A stretch of 64,000 nucleotides of DNA from a virus, in the IMG/VR virus record IMGVR_UViG_3300014202_001521, positions 130,931 to 194,930 of that record. One strand, written 5' to 3'. Every line of letters starts with the position of its first letter. Position 1 is the first letter of the stretch. A program made the translations under genes and the position numbers. Below, one piece after another: positions 9,451 through 19,696 of this stretch. Under the pieces are notes generated by a model. That model made no database searches and was not told the DNA's origin. It saw only the letters and a list, made by a program, of their open reading frames with translations.

Positions 9451-10044
9451 TTATTGCTTGCAAGCTTTAGTATCATTACCACCCAATAAAGCACCTTCAT
9501 TAACATTAATCTGCCTTTGTAGATTTGATGTATTCTGTGTAACTCGGCCTTCACCTGTAGTAACAGACTCTTGGAATCTCTGAGCAATGATAGTCAATCT
9601 TAGCTCACCCCAAAGGAAGAAATCGCCAACATTACGCTGAATAACCACCCAATTCTCCCCCTTATGAGGAGTGTAAAGTCTAGAACCTATCTTTGGTGGA
9701 TGCCCAATAGCTTTTAATACCGCCCTATAGTTAAATTGAAACTGCACTTCATCAGGAGCATCTATACCAAACATGTTCATGTAGTTTTGAGATGGTATTG
9801 GCTCATAATAACCACTTAGGGTAATAGGATTGTTTGAAAACAACTTGCCACGGTCTTCACGATAAAGCGGGTCGATTGTCTGCCTTTGTATGAATACTTC
9901 AAAGTATAGTATGGGCGTACCCGCTATTTCTATCAACTCAGCATCAAAAGAATTAAGCAAAGCATGTTCTGGATTAGTCGGATCAAAGGTGTCTAACGAT
10001 CCTGAAAGCTTGTAAGGTGTTCCATCACAATTCCTAATAGTCAT
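9451..10044 (-). CDS. neck/head-closure protein (T4 gp14-like)
   Basis: IDPLYREDR.K.F, FGID.PDE..F.F. Start MTIRNCDG lies 5 nt after a TAAATA box. Confidence 0.7.
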   Translation of the reverse strand: MTIRNCDGTPYKLSGSLDTFDPTNPEHALLNSFDAELIEIAGTPILYFEVFIQRQTIDPLYREDRGKLFSNNPITLSGYYEPIPSQNYMNMFGIDAPDEVQFQFNYRAVLKAIGHPPKIGSRLYTPHKGENWVVIQRNVGDFFLWGELRLTIIAQRFQESVTTGEGRVTQNTSNLQRQINVNEGALLGGNDTKACKQ

Positions 10045-10096
10045 GATATTATTTATGCACGATGGAATAGATAAATGAAATAAGGGAGAAATAAAT

Positions 10097-10966
10097 ATGC
10101 CAGGTTTTACAAGCCAAGATGACCTAACAGCCGAAATGAGCGTAGCTGGAAAACGCCTTATTTGTCCATTTAACAAAACAGCAACAACCGCTCCTGTAGC
10201 TGCAAACTGGTATCACCTATGGCCAGTCGGCGGTATGCCAGGTGCTGGTGCCCTTTATACTGGCACAGCTTTAGCATTTCAGCAAACGATGGATACGACT
10301 CCAGGCTCCCTTTACACAGGCGGCGATAAGCTTCCTGATTTTAAAGATTTGATTTATATGAACGGTGCAACTACCGCTGGTGCCGTTCCGCCTACTATAT
10401 GGTTAGTTGATATGGTTGGTTATTATCCTTTAACGCAGGCCGCAGTCCCACAAGTATTTGATAATACAACCCCTCCTAACCGATACCAAACTAACGGAGG
10501 CTTACAAATGTCGTTAGTAGGTGCCGCCGCTGGTGGTGCAACTGCAAGCAACATCACAACATTGACTTACGTTGACCAAGACGGAAACCCTGGCGCTACA
10601 ATGCCAACCTCTCCTGCCGTAGCTGTCACTGTTTCCGTTGCCGCCCCAACCGCAACATTAGGTGCCCGTGTTCTAACAACCGTAGGTGGCCCATTTCTTC
10701 CATTGATGGCTGGGGACAGTGGAGTTCGAGAATTAACCAACATTACATTCTCCGCTGCTAACACTGGCTTGGAAGCAATAGCCTTGGTAAGACCATTAGC
10801 CGTTTTGCCATGTCCAACAGCTTTAACATACGGCGAGCGTGATCTGGTTAACCAGATTTCTAGCTTGGAACGTGTCTATGACGGTGCTTGCTTGATGTTT
10901 ATGGTATATTTTGGCTCAGCCACAGGTGCTAACATTATGGGGGAGGTGGATGTTGCATGGGGTTAA
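10097..10966 (+). CDS. putative virion structural protein (Gly/Ala/Thr-rich)
   Basis: Composition and location among tail genes. SD GGGAG. Confidence 0.6.
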   Translation: MPGFTSQDDLTAEMSVAGKRLICPFNKTATTAPVAANWYHLWPVGGMPGAGALYTGTALAFQQTMDTTPGSLYTGGDKLPDFKDLIYMNGATTAGAVPPTIWLVDMVGYYPLTQAAVPQVFDNTTPPNRYQTNGGLQMSLVGAAAGGATASNITTLTYVDQDGNPGATMPTSPAVAVTVSVAAPTATLGARVLTTVGGPFLPLMAGDSGVRELTNITFSAANTGLEAIALVRPLAVLPCPTALTYGERDLVNQISSLERVYDGACLMFMVYFGSATGANIMGEVDVAWG

Positions 10967-11751
10967 TAGTTAGGAAAGTCCTTGGAAGAATAATAGGTGG
11001 TGGAACCGCTGGCGTACTAGGCAAGGACAATCTCCCTGTCTGGTGGGATAGCCAATTTGCGCGCGGTACTATCAACCAAAATGGTAGACCAGCCGCTGGT
11101 GGTTCACCTAAAAATTCGATGAGAGTGATGACCACTCCCCAATTCGCATCAGGCTTTACACTTGATAGCGATAGAGATTGGGCTGCACCCTACCAAGATA
11201 TTACCGTGCATTTTGATGCTATGATGGAAGACCCTGCTTTGGTTGTAGATGGTGCAGCCACAGGACATACCATCAAAGTCAACGCTGTAGCCCAAACCAC
11301 CACTTACAGAAGTGGTTCTGGAGATAATAAATGGGTTTTTCGCATACCAACCTTGGTTCATAAAGACGATGTAATCACTTGGTCCTACGATTCGTCCATT
11401 GGTTCTACAGTAACTGTGTTCCTGCCAGCAGTAGAGTTGGCGACCGAAGTTGATAGACAAGTAGAGAATTTCTTATTCAAATACATAAGATTCATTCTCA
11501 TGGACTCCAACTGCTCTACTGTCAATAGTGAAACTATTAAAATAGCAATAGACGCTTATGATAGCGGAATAGCGACAAACAGTAATTGGATGTTGCGTCG
11601 TCAGTTTGGCACTACCACAACAGATGGGGTTGGACAGATTTCCTTGCTTTATACTGGTGTTGAGAATTATGGCGATACTGTTTATGTAACAGTAATTAGA
11701 CCTAATACACTGCCGACCCAAAGCATGGTCTGGACAACAACGGTGCAATAA
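10957..11751 (+). CDS. putative virion/fibre-associated beta-rich protein
   Basis: Coupled to the previous ORF. Beta-strand-rich composition. Confidence 0.55.
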   Translation: MGLIVRKVLGRIIGGGTAGVLGKDNLPVWWDSQFARGTINQNGRPAAGGSPKNSMRVMTTPQFASGFTLDSDRDWAAPYQDITVHFDAMMEDPALVVDGAATGHTIKVNAVAQTTTYRSGSGDNKWVFRIPTLVHKDDVITWSYDSSIGSTVTVFLPAVELATEVDRQVENFLFKYIRFILMDSNCSTVNSETIKIAIDAYDSGIATNSNWMLRRQFGTTTTDGVGQISLLYTGVENYGDTVYVTVIRPNTLPTQSMVWTTTVQ

Positions 11752-12776
11752 TGGCACATTTACTTACTCATGACCCCACAAGTTGTGGCGTCGGAACTTT
11801 ACATACCAATAGTCCCCCAACACAAGATTGCAGTAGCGCAACCCTAGCTTGCGTCTCCACCCTTACCGCCAATGGTACTGTTACCCGTGGTGGTCGAGCC
11901 AATTTATTATGCGTAGCAAATGTAGATGCCAGCGCCATGAAATCAGCTAACGCCCAAGCTAACTTACTCTGTGTAGCCAATGTCGATGCTAGTGCCATGA
12001 AAACTGTAGCTGGTGTTGCAAACTTACTCTGTGTAGCCAATGTAAACGCTAGTGCCATGAAAACTGTAGCTGGTGTTGCAAACTTACTCTGTGTAGGAAA
12101 TGTAGACGCAAACGCTATGAAGGTTGCCAATGCACATGCTGATTTACTTTGCGTGGTGAATGTAAACGCTAGTGCCATGAAAACTGTAGCTGGTGTTGCA
12201 AACTTACTATGCGTAGGAAATGTCGATGCCAACGCTATGAAGGTTGCCAATGCACATGCAAACTTGCTCTGTGTAGCCAATGTCGATGCCAACGCTACCA
12301 AAACAGTTAATGCTCAGGCCAATATTATATGTGTGGCCAATGTCGATGCTAGTGCCATGAAAACTGTAGCTGGCGTTGCAAACTTACTCTGTGTAGCCAA
12401 TGTCGATGCCAACGCTATGAAGACTGTTAGTGCGAGTGCGGGTTTAAGATGTATTGCTAATGCCTCTGCCAATGGTGGTAAATTTAAATTTGGTTCTGCT
12501 AGAATCACAGTTCGATCTGGCATCTTCGTTGGAAGAACGACGATCACCAGGATAATTCACGGTCCTGGCAAACCAGCGAATGCTTGTGCTAAGTCTGGCG
12601 GGTCTATACCAAGAACTGGCGGCTCCACTAGAGTACCTAAGCTTAACTCATCAACCAATGTCCCAACAACTGGAGGAACTACCAATATACCAAAGACTGG
12701 TGGTACTGTTAATGTTCCAAAGGTTAACTCGGCTAAGCCGATAGTATTAAGGATTAATAATGGCCGTAAGTGTTAA
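11751..12776 (+). CDS. 20-aa tandem-repeat protein, putative fibre/structural
   Basis: About nine repeats of ANLLCVANVDASAMKTVAGV, then P.TGG.T..PK repeats. Confidence 0.7.
   Translation: MAHLLTHDPTSCGVGTLHTNSPPTQDCSSATLACVSTLTANGTVTRGGRANLLCVANVDASAMKSANAQANLLCVANVDASAMKTVAGVANLLCVANVNASAMKTVAGVANLLCVGNVDANAMKVANAHADLLCVVNVNASAMKTVAGVANLLCVGNVDANAMKVANAHANLLCVANVDANATKTVNAQANIICVANVDASAMKTVAGVANLLCVANVDANAMKTVSASAGLRCIANASANGGKFKFGSARITVRSGIFVGRTTITRIIHGPGKPANACAKSGGSIPRTGGSTRVPKLNSSTNVPTTGGTTNIPKTGGTVNVPKVNSAKPIVLRINNGRKC
11897..12470 (+). repeat. 60-bp coding tandem repeat
   Basis: Recurring aacttactctgtgtagccaatgtcgatgctagtgccatgaaaactgtagctggtgttgca and variants. Confidence 0.9.
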
Positions 12777-13213
12777 GGACATACGCCGTCAATCTGTATA
12801 TCAAGCTGGCTAATTGCAAAGGCAAATATGTCTTGATCGTCTATGGTCTTAGGAGTGGTTAAAACTCCGTAGAATAGCATATTACCAGCACCATAAGTGG
12901 CACTGTCTACTATTGCAACGTAAGTGATTGTACCCCAGCTACCGCCGCTGGCTTGAGGGAATGTTATAGCTGTAACGTTTTGGGTTGTGCCATCACCAGC
13001 GATAGGGGCTGACCAATTAGCGTCGGCAGGACCAAATACAACTCTTGAATAACCAAAAGCGTTTGCTACTTCTGGTATCGTTGCGCCTGTACTGGCGTCT
13101 GTAGGGGCAGCGGTACAAAGAGCAATAGCTATGGTTGCTGGCTTTGAGTAGGTTGCTGTACGGAAAATAAGGTTTATAAGTTCACCTTCAAGATAATTGC
13201 TCATTGCGGCCAT
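12773..13213 (-). CDS. small phage tail-fibre-associated structural protein
   Basis: MSNYLE..L.N..FR...Y, IALCTAAPTD, GYSRV, I.FP.A.G.WGTITY....D....GNML.YG.L...K.I...D.F.F. Confidence 0.75.
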   Translation of the reverse strand: MAAMSNYLEGELINLIFRTATYSKPATIAIALCTAAPTDASTGATIPEVANAFGYSRVVFGPADANWSAPIAGDGTTQNVTAITFPQASGGSWGTITYVAIVDSATYGAGNMLFYGVLTTPKTIDDQDIFAFAISQLDIQIDGVCP

Positions 13214-13265
13214 AAAAATCCCCTTTCTTTATATATATTTTCGTACTTCATATTTAAATACTGAA

Positions 13266-13841
13266 ATGGCTATTAAAAATAAAGACGGTTCAGCATATGG
13301 TTTCACTAAGCCCGCACCCCAAATGGAACAACAAGTTTTTTGGGATAAAAAAGAAAAAATTGTATTCCATAACAAATTTGGTGAAAAACATCATCGAGAA
13401 GACATGAAAATTGTCGAGCCTGAACCTGTCCATAGGGAAATTAAAGTCGTAGACTTCAAAGAAGTTGCCAAACAACACGATGACGAAATTAAGATCGTTC
13501 AGGCAATAGAAGAGTCAAAGCCAAAACCAATTAGTGAAAGTATTGTGGAAGTGTGGTGTTTGCCCTGTCTTCAATACTCAGAAAATGTCGATCCTCTTTA
13601 TGACGAAAGCTATGCCAATGTTACATATGGAGAGAAATTCACGTTTAGAGCTAAATTGGCAGAATTAGAAGACCTTTATATTAAGTTCGTCACTGAAATT
13701 GATGTTAAATTAACCGAGGAATCAGTCATCTACCCTAAAATAAAGAACCGAAGATGGTGGAAAATTAAAGGCGTAAAAGAAGTGCAAGGCTACAATCTCT
13801 ATCTAGGTATGATTAGTGACTACCAACCAGCCTTCGTTTAA
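13266..13841 (+). CDS. hypothetical protein sharing motifs with the gp14-like neck protein
   Basis: MAIKNKDGSAY resembles MTIRNCDGTPY. VDPLYDE resembles IDPLYRE. TAAATA 5 nt upstream. Confidence 0.65.
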   Translation: MAIKNKDGSAYGFTKPAPQMEQQVFWDKKEKIVFHNKFGEKHHREDMKIVEPEPVHREIKVVDFKEVAKQHDDEIKIVQAIEESKPKPISESIVEVWCLPCLQYSENVDPLYDESYANVTYGEKFTFRAKLAELEDLYIKFVTEIDVKLTEESVIYPKIKNRRWWKIKGVKEVQGYNLYLGMISDYQPAFV

Positions 13842-14104
13842 TCTTTGGTTAATAAACTAACCTCTATGCCAAGCTTATTGAGTTGGTCCCTATAATCATC
13901 AACCGCTTTTTTATATCCAGTGCCTAAAATGTCATTAATCATTTCGCCAAATATCTTTAGGTCGTTGTCTGTTACGAGAGAAGCTGATATGCGGGTAAGA
14001 AGTTCATCATACACGCCAACTTTTGGCCCCATGACTTGGGACATGAATTTTTTAAGTGCAATACCCTTTGGGTTTTGCATGAATTGTGCCCACTGATTGT
14101 TCAT
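13838..14104 (-). CDS. hypothetical protein
   Basis: 88-aa ORF with an ATGA overlap. Confidence 0.65.
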   Translation of the reverse strand: MNNQWAQFMQNPKGIALKKFMSQVMGPKVGVYDELLTRISASLVTDNDLKIFGEMINDILGTGYKKAVDDYRDQLNKLGIEVSLLTKD

Positions 14105-14265
14105 TTTTTAGATTTCTTTCTAGGTTTTAAGTCGGTACAAGCACCTTGTACTTGAAAATCGGGACCACCTTTACAGCTACCGACTATGGCACCTGTATAG
14201 CCAGTCCCCATTTCATATAGTTTCTTGCACCATTCTTTAAAAGAAAGCTTAGGAATGGTGTGCAT
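14101..14265 (-). CDS. small protein with a CTS-like motif
   Basis: Not in the track (54 aa): MHTIPKLSFKEWCKKLYEMGTGYTGAIVGSCKGGPDFQVQGACTDLKPRKKSKK. Overlaps both neighbours. Confidence 0.6.
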   Translation of the reverse strand: MHTIPKLSFKEWCKKLYEMGTGYTGAIVGSCKGGPDFQVQGACTDLKPRKKSKK

Positions 14266-17200
14266 GTTCTAGCTCTCCCAATATTTCTGGCAATTGCTTG
14301 TTGAATAGCAAATACTCTTCCTTTGGCGGTAAACCTTTAGCAAACAACGGTCTACGCTGCTTGATTGTGTTTAACACCTGACGGAGTTGTTGTGCCGAAC
14401 CTGGAGTCGCCAACATCTCAGCCTTCTTACTTAATAAAGCATTACCAAGCTTTAACATGTCCTCTGTGCTGTTGATGGTGTTAGCCATGCCAAACAACTC
14501 AGGTAGAGGTTGTGAAAGAGCCTTCGCAGCCTGTGCCTGTGGCTGTGCCACCGCCTGTGGTTGTTGCGGCATTTGGGTTGGCTGCTGTTGCTGTTGTTGA
14601 GCCATCTTGCTCTCTTGTGAGAACTTAGATTCCCATTTCGACATTTCTGCTTGCCAATCAGCCTGTAGTTCCTCGTCTGTCTTGTCAATTTCGTCATGTA
14701 TGTCAACAACTTTTTGATAAGCCTGGAATCCCCACTGCTTCAATGCTCCCAATATTAATTTTGGCTCCTCAAAGAGCATGGCAATCATTTGGGCAACCGC
14801 ATGTGCAGTAGGTGGCAACTTCGATGGACCTACTTCGCCGCCAGTTTGAACCGCTTGCATCATTTGTGGATTCCATACTACAGCCTTCATAGATTCCTTG
14901 CTTGACAAGTGCATAAAGTCATCCATCCACTTATCCATAGTTTCTTTAAGCTTGATATCATGGGCACTTGGCTTATTGACTGAAGCAAGTGTCTTGGTTC
15001 GCTGTACTACGTCTTCAATTTCCATATCGCTAAACGAAGCGTGCTTCTTTAATGCTTCTGCAACATGCTTAAGCACTTCTGGCTCTCTCTTTTCTTCGTT
15101 AGGAATAGTGGCCTTTAATTCATCATCGTATTTCTGATATACTTCAATCGACAGTTCTATCGCATCTTGAATCTTTTTCTCCGCACTCTTTAGGTCAGCT
15201 TCTACTTGTGGGACTTTTCCAAGTCTCTGTAGAATCTGCCTTCTTCTCAAAGTGAAAAACTCAGGTGCCTGTGCCGACACCTTATGCAATTTCTGCCCAC
15301 GTCTTGCAATAGAAGTCTGGTCGGAGTGAAGCCAACGTCGTTTTGCGGGAAGGTCTATATGTTGAACCTTACCTTGAAGTTTTTGCGCACCTTCTTCTAC
15401 TTCACCTTCAGAACTTTTGCCCGATGCATTTGCTGCACTAAGTTCAGCAGTTGTACCGACACCGAAGTTTTTGCGGTGTCTTCTGGAAAGAACGTCATTA
15501 AAACCGATCTGTGCAGCACTTAACAAGAACCATTCGACTTTTTGACCTCTTCGAATGGCATTGCCTTCTTCGTCAATGTCCTCTGGTTTGTAATCTTTTA
15601 ATAGATTAAACCTATCGTCTTTGATGCCGTAACGTGGATCGTTAAGCCATGTAAGCAAATTATAAGCGGCAAACGTTGCTAACTCCGTGTCTTTGGCCCT
15701 TAGTGCCTTGATTACTTGCGGAGGATGCCTCCCGTTCCTTTGCATAGAATCTAGGAATCTATCTATCTTGCCCTTAGATTCATACCCTTCACCCGCACCT
15801 TCTGTTCTATCGCCAATTAGTTCGAACATCATTTTTGGATAGTATTCCTTAATGAACTCGCCCATCTTGTCTTCTGGAACATTCAAGGCACCTTGGCCTT
15901 GAGTTAGGAAGTTTGGACGAGGACCAGCCGCGTAAGTACGCAAAGGATCAGCATATGGATCATCTGTTCCATCTGACTTACCAAAGACGTGCCTCGCAAC
16001 ATGATGTAAACTTCTAGCATTCGCTTTAATGAAATCTTTCTGCTCCTGTGTCCACAAATCCCAATTTTTTAGGAAAGTCTTAAGTTCGCCTGGACGTGTT
16101 GCGTCCACGAAAGATGCACCTAGTTTTGGGCTTATTTTATTAAACCTAGCTTCCGCTTCATCCATTGTTTCCGTATCTGGATTCCAGTCGAAAGCAGGAT
16201 TGGTTCTTTTAGCCAATGCTGCTCTTTGAGCGTTAGTAAGATCAACAGGACTGCCCTTATGCAATTGTGGCAATACCTTTTGTGGGTTTAAGAAAGGAAT
16301 CGTATACTCTCCAGACTTATCCGTAATAGTATTGTTCTTATTATCAAGCTCAACAAAACTTAACTTCCTTTTAATGGTTGGGATACTGTGCTTTAGAGTA
16401 TATGTGCCTGGCTCTAAATGATCTTTCTTGACAGTAAGGCCATAGCCTGGATGTTTATTCAATTCTTCAGGCTTTGTTGAACCAATCACATGTACTCTTG
16501 GCTTCTTTGTTATGGGGTCTATATCCAGAGGATCAGCATAAGTAGGTGGATGAGTTCCAAAAAGCTCAAGTGCATTCGCAGTGATCCAATCCGACATATT
16601 CTTCTGTGATGTTGGTGTCTGTGGCACTGTATAAGAACTGAAAGTATGCTTTTTTACATCTTTCATCTTGCCACGGATTCTCTTGATAGCCGCCTGAACC
16701 TCGTCGCTATCAACAGGCGCATCAGCTAGTTTACCACCAAGATATGCTTGAATGTCCTGATCTGGAATGTTGTCAATATCCTCATCAGTAACTTCTGCCA
16801 TATCATTAAGGTCAAAGTTGTATAAACCATGCTTGTACTTGCTTGGGTGTGCAGGATGTTCAGGGTCAGTATGGCTTGGATCAATTTCCGACAAGCTTGG
16901 ACCATCCCCAGCCCAATGAGGGTGTAATTCGTCTGATCCTGGCTTTCTAGGATCATATGTTTTGGAATGTGGCTGGCCTTTCGGTGGGCTAGTAAGCTTT
17001 TTGGCCAAGTCAGTTAACCCTATGTAAATATTTCTTGGCCCGCCCTGCTTGCCAAAGATGTAAAATTTATGCTTTCTTGAACCTGGCAACACTAGCTTAT
17101 CTGTCCAGTTCCACCCATCAGGTATGTGAGTAATGTCTGTTGGGTCTTTTGACCGCATCATCTCTCGCAAACCTGCATTATATCTCCAGTTAATAGCATC

Positions 17201-17416
17201 TGACCACACATTGTATGGAAACTGGCTTAGAAATTTATAGTCATCGGCATCGTGCAAAATTGGCTGTTTCGGGTCATCCACTTCTTGCGTACCCATTGCC
17301 ATTTCAGAATAATTTTTATACAAATTATCGTAAAAATTTCTTCTTGCTTCAGCAGCTAATAAGTGGCAGAAGTTCTTGGCGTCCCAGGTTTTGTCAACGT
17401 ATTTGCTAAATCTCAT
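14249..17416 (-). CDS. large hypothetical protein, candidate internal virion/ejected protein
   Basis: 1055 aa. MRFSKYVD N-terminus, Q-rich linker near the C-terminus, next to a neck gene. Confidence 0.6.
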   Translation of the reverse strand: MRFSKYVDKTWDAKNFCHLLAAEARRNFYDNLYKNYSEMAMGTQEVDDPKQPILHDADDYKFLSQFPYNVWSDAINWRYNAGLREMMRSKDPTDITHIPDGWNWTDKLVLPGSRKHKFYIFGKQGGPRNIYIGLTDLAKKLTSPPKGQPHSKTYDPRKPGSDELHPHWAGDGPSLSEIDPSHTDPEHPAHPSKYKHGLYNFDLNDMAEVTDEDIDNIPDQDIQAYLGGKLADAPVDSDEVQAAIKRIRGKMKDVKKHTFSSYTVPQTPTSQKNMSDWITANALELFGTHPPTYADPLDIDPITKKPRVHVIGSTKPEELNKHPGYGLTVKKDHLEPGTYTLKHSIPTIKRKLSFVELDNKNNTITDKSGEYTIPFLNPQKVLPQLHKGSPVDLTNAQRAALAKRTNPAFDWNPDTETMDEAEARFNKISPKLGASFVDATRPGELKTFLKNWDLWTQEQKDFIKANARSLHHVARHVFGKSDGTDDPYADPLRTYAAGPRPNFLTQGQGALNVPEDKMGEFIKEYYPKMMFELIGDRTEGAGEGYESKGKIDRFLDSMQRNGRHPPQVIKALRAKDTELATFAAYNLLTWLNDPRYGIKDDRFNLLKDYKPEDIDEEGNAIRRGQKVEWFLLSAAQIGFNDVLSRRHRKNFGVGTTAELSAANASGKSSEGEVEEGAQKLQGKVQHIDLPAKRRWLHSDQTSIARRGQKLHKVSAQAPEFFTLRRRQILQRLGKVPQVEADLKSAEKKIQDAIELSIEVYQKYDDELKATIPNEEKREPEVLKHVAEALKKHASFSDMEIEDVVQRTKTLASVNKPSAHDIKLKETMDKWMDDFMHLSSKESMKAVVWNPQMMQAVQTGGEVGPSKLPPTAHAVAQMIAMLFEEPKLILGALKQWGFQAYQKVVDIHDEIDKTDEELQADWQAEMSKWESKFSQESKMAQQQQQQPTQMPQQPQAVAQPQAQAAKALSQPLPELFGMANTINSTEDMLKLGNALLSKKAEMLATPGSAQQLRQVLNTIKQRRPLFAKGLPPKEEYLLFNKQLPEILGELEHAHHS

Positions 17417-17485
17417 ATCTTCTTTACCTTTTAATTATATATTACCAACTTTAAAGTTTTAGCACTGGTTTGAATAAATAGAATT

Positions 17486-18394
17486 ATGTCAACTGTATGT
17501 AGTAATAACACTCTCTTTCTTAACCGTCCCAGCCAACAAGCCGCAAACGCCTGTTGTGCCAACAGTGGATGCTCCGATAACGGTTTAATAGCCCCACCTC
17601 CAGGCTGTTGTGGTAAAATTGGCAAGCGTCCCTGTCGTGAAAAAATTATAGAACAAATCAAAGACCTAGTGCTGCTAAGACTTGGCGCTCCCGTAATTAA
17701 AATAGAATTAGATGAACAGAATCTTAATGCCGCTGTAGAGCTTGCACTACTAGAATTTGAAGAGTTCGCTGGACGTGAGCATTTCACATACTACGTTTTC
17801 AGTACCCAAGCGGGCAAGAGCGTTTACACGATGCCACCTGACGTTGGCTTCATTCGTATGGTTTATTACCGCGAACAGCCACAAGTCACCTTCAATGGCT
17901 CTGACTTAGGTGGTGTTCTCCCTATCGAATATTATTACCCAGGTGGTAGCTATTCTTCTATCCAGGGCGGTATGATGGACCCAAATACACCAATCTATGG
18001 ACGTGCAGGCGAATGGGTTCTTTATAAGCAATACGAACAAATGTATAACCGATTGTCTAGTCAACTAGGTGGCTGGGAATGGATTGACGGCTATTGCAAC
18101 ATTAAATTATACCCAACCCCTTGCCGTTGCCACTCCGTTATGGTTCATTATTTGCCAAAGCTACCTGATTTCAAACGAGTTACAACCGTTATGATTGAAG
18201 GAGCTTTCTATCACGCAATGGCAATGCTAGGTCGTGTCCGTGGCAAGTGGACTAATATCCCAGGCCCAAGCGGTGGATTACAGTTGGACGGTCAGCAGTT
18301 ACTTCAAGAGGCTAAAGAAGGATTAACCAAGTGGCGTGAAGACTTAATATACAGATGGGGCGATGGTCCACAGGGCATTATTACTATGGATTAA
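17486..18394 (+). CDS. neck protein (T4 gp13-like head-tail adaptor)
   Basis: LRLGAPVIKIELDEQ.L, LGRVRGKW..IPGP.GG.QLDGQQLLQEA. Confidence 0.85.
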   Translation: MSTVCSNNTLFLNRPSQQAANACCANSGCSDNGLIAPPPGCCGKIGKRPCREKIIEQIKDLVLLRLGAPVIKIELDEQNLNAAVELALLEFEEFAGREHFTYYVFSTQAGKSVYTMPPDVGFIRMVYYREQPQVTFNGSDLGGVLPIEYYYPGGSYSSIQGGMMDPNTPIYGRAGEWVLYKQYEQMYNRLSSQLGGWEWIDGYCNIKLYPTPCRCHSVMVHYLPKLPDFKRVTTVMIEGAFYHAMAMLGRVRGKWTNIPGPSGGLQLDGQQLLQEAKEGLTKWREDLIYRWGDGPQGIITMD

Positions 18395-18396
18395 TT

Positions 18397-18834
18397 ATGA
18401 ATTTCAAACAATTTGTAGAAATGTATACCTTGGATGATGCTTATGGTACATTGAGAGACTTTCATGCTAAATTTGGAATTACGAAAGTTCCTACTTACGA
18501 AGAATTTAAGGCATCGGTTGCGAAAGCACCAGTTGTTCAGTTGCCCATGTCTATGTTGGCAAGAATAGAAAACACCACTGCCAATCCAAGCATTGTTGGA
18601 AAAGGATTGGAAGAAGATGAGTTGGAGAAAAAGGGATTAGCTGGTAAAGAAGACCCTACAAGACAATATACTGCTTATCAAAGTGTAAAGCATCATACAG
18701 ACATGGCATTAGGCAGTAAGACTGAGCCTATTATCATATTGAGGGTTGGCAAAAGACTGATTCTACTAGATGGCGACCATCGACTGTATGCTTACGCTTT
18801 AATGAACAAGCCTATCCCAGCAAAGATTGTTTAA
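18397..18834 (+). CDS. ParB/Srx-like domain protein with a CTS-like N-terminus
   Basis: PIIIL...ILLDGDHRLYA. Starts MNFKQFVE. Confidence 0.7.
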   Translation: MNFKQFVEMYTLDDAYGTLRDFHAKFGITKVPTYEEFKASVAKAPVVQLPMSMLARIENTTANPSIVGKGLEEDELEKKGLAGKEDPTRQYTAYQSVKHHTDMALGSKTEPIIILRVGKRLILLDGDHRLYAYALMNKPIPAKIV

Positions 18835-19139
18835 ATCTGTGTACCAGGCATTGCACCAATAACATTTGGCCCAAGGTTTGTATTCTGTTGTTGGTTAGGT
18901 TGATTCTTCTTCTTCTGCGCATCTAAGATGGCTTTAGCCTTCTCAGTTCCAGGGTCAGAAGCAATTGCTACCGCAAGGCCAGCGTCTTTCTTTGGTAGAT
19001 TACCACCAATTTGATTTATGTTATTTGCTGGAGTAGCACCTACCATTGATCCGATCATTGTACGCATTTGATCTGGAGAGATAGTTACCAACTCATCTAG
19101 CTTCTTATTCTTCAGCCATTCCATGAATGTTACAACCAT
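18831..19139 (-). CDS. hypothetical protein, CTS-like N-terminus
   Basis: MVVTFMEWL...LDE. TATATA 5 nt upstream. Confidence 0.65.
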   Translation of the reverse strand: MVVTFMEWLKNKKLDELVTISPDQMRTMIGSMVGATPANNINQIGGNLPKKDAGLAVAIASDPGTEKAKAILDAQKKKNQPNQQQNTNLGPNVIGAMPGTQI

Positions 19140-19183
19140 GTTATTATATAGAAGTCTTAAAAAGATTTCGCTATATATAAGTG

Positions 19184-19696
19184 ATGTTAAACTTCAAAGA
19201 TTATGCTGTCGAGCCAGACACAGGCGAATTTCTCGTCATGGTAAGACCGTTTATAGACCTTACAGAATCCGCCGACTCCACACGATATAGTGTTGAAGTA
19301 AACTTCCGTAGCAAACCAGAAGAAGTTTTAGATGCTTTTGCTAAAATAGCCTTGGGTTATGTCTCCGCTGGATTGAAACAGCACAATTTTCACGTTAAGC
19401 ACGTCTATACCGACAAACCTGTTCGCGTATTAGTATCAAGTAGAAATTGGGATGATGGAGAATGGGTTGTTGTCGTTACATGGAACCACGAACACAAATG
19501 CTTTATTGTCTCCAAGGGTTTCTATAACAAAGATAGAAATACCGTTAGTGTTCAGGGAAGTGAGAAATGCAAGGGCGAAAACGCTTTTGAAATCACCAAA
19601 CAAGTGTATAATATAATGCACGACTTAAAAGGTAAACCTGATCGTCACCTTGAAAAACTCAAGCCAGTTCCATTGAAGAGAGGTCCAAAAACCTAA
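19184..19696 (+). CDS. hypothetical protein
   Basis: MLNFKDY N-terminus. TATATA 4 nt upstream. Confidence 0.65.
   Translation: MLNFKDYAVEPDTGEFLVMVRPFIDLTESADSTRYSVEVNFRSKPEEVLDAFAKIALGYVSAGLKQHNFHVKHVYTDKPVRVLVSSRNWDDGEWVVVVTWNHEHKCFIVSKGFYNKDRNTVSVQGSEKCKGENAFEITKQVYNIMHDLKGKPDRHLEKLKPVPLKRGPKT

Noticed and set aside
11897-12470. Regular 60-bp repeats as a CRISPR array
   Set aside because: No unique spacers. Variation is mostly synonymous or conservative within an open reading frame.
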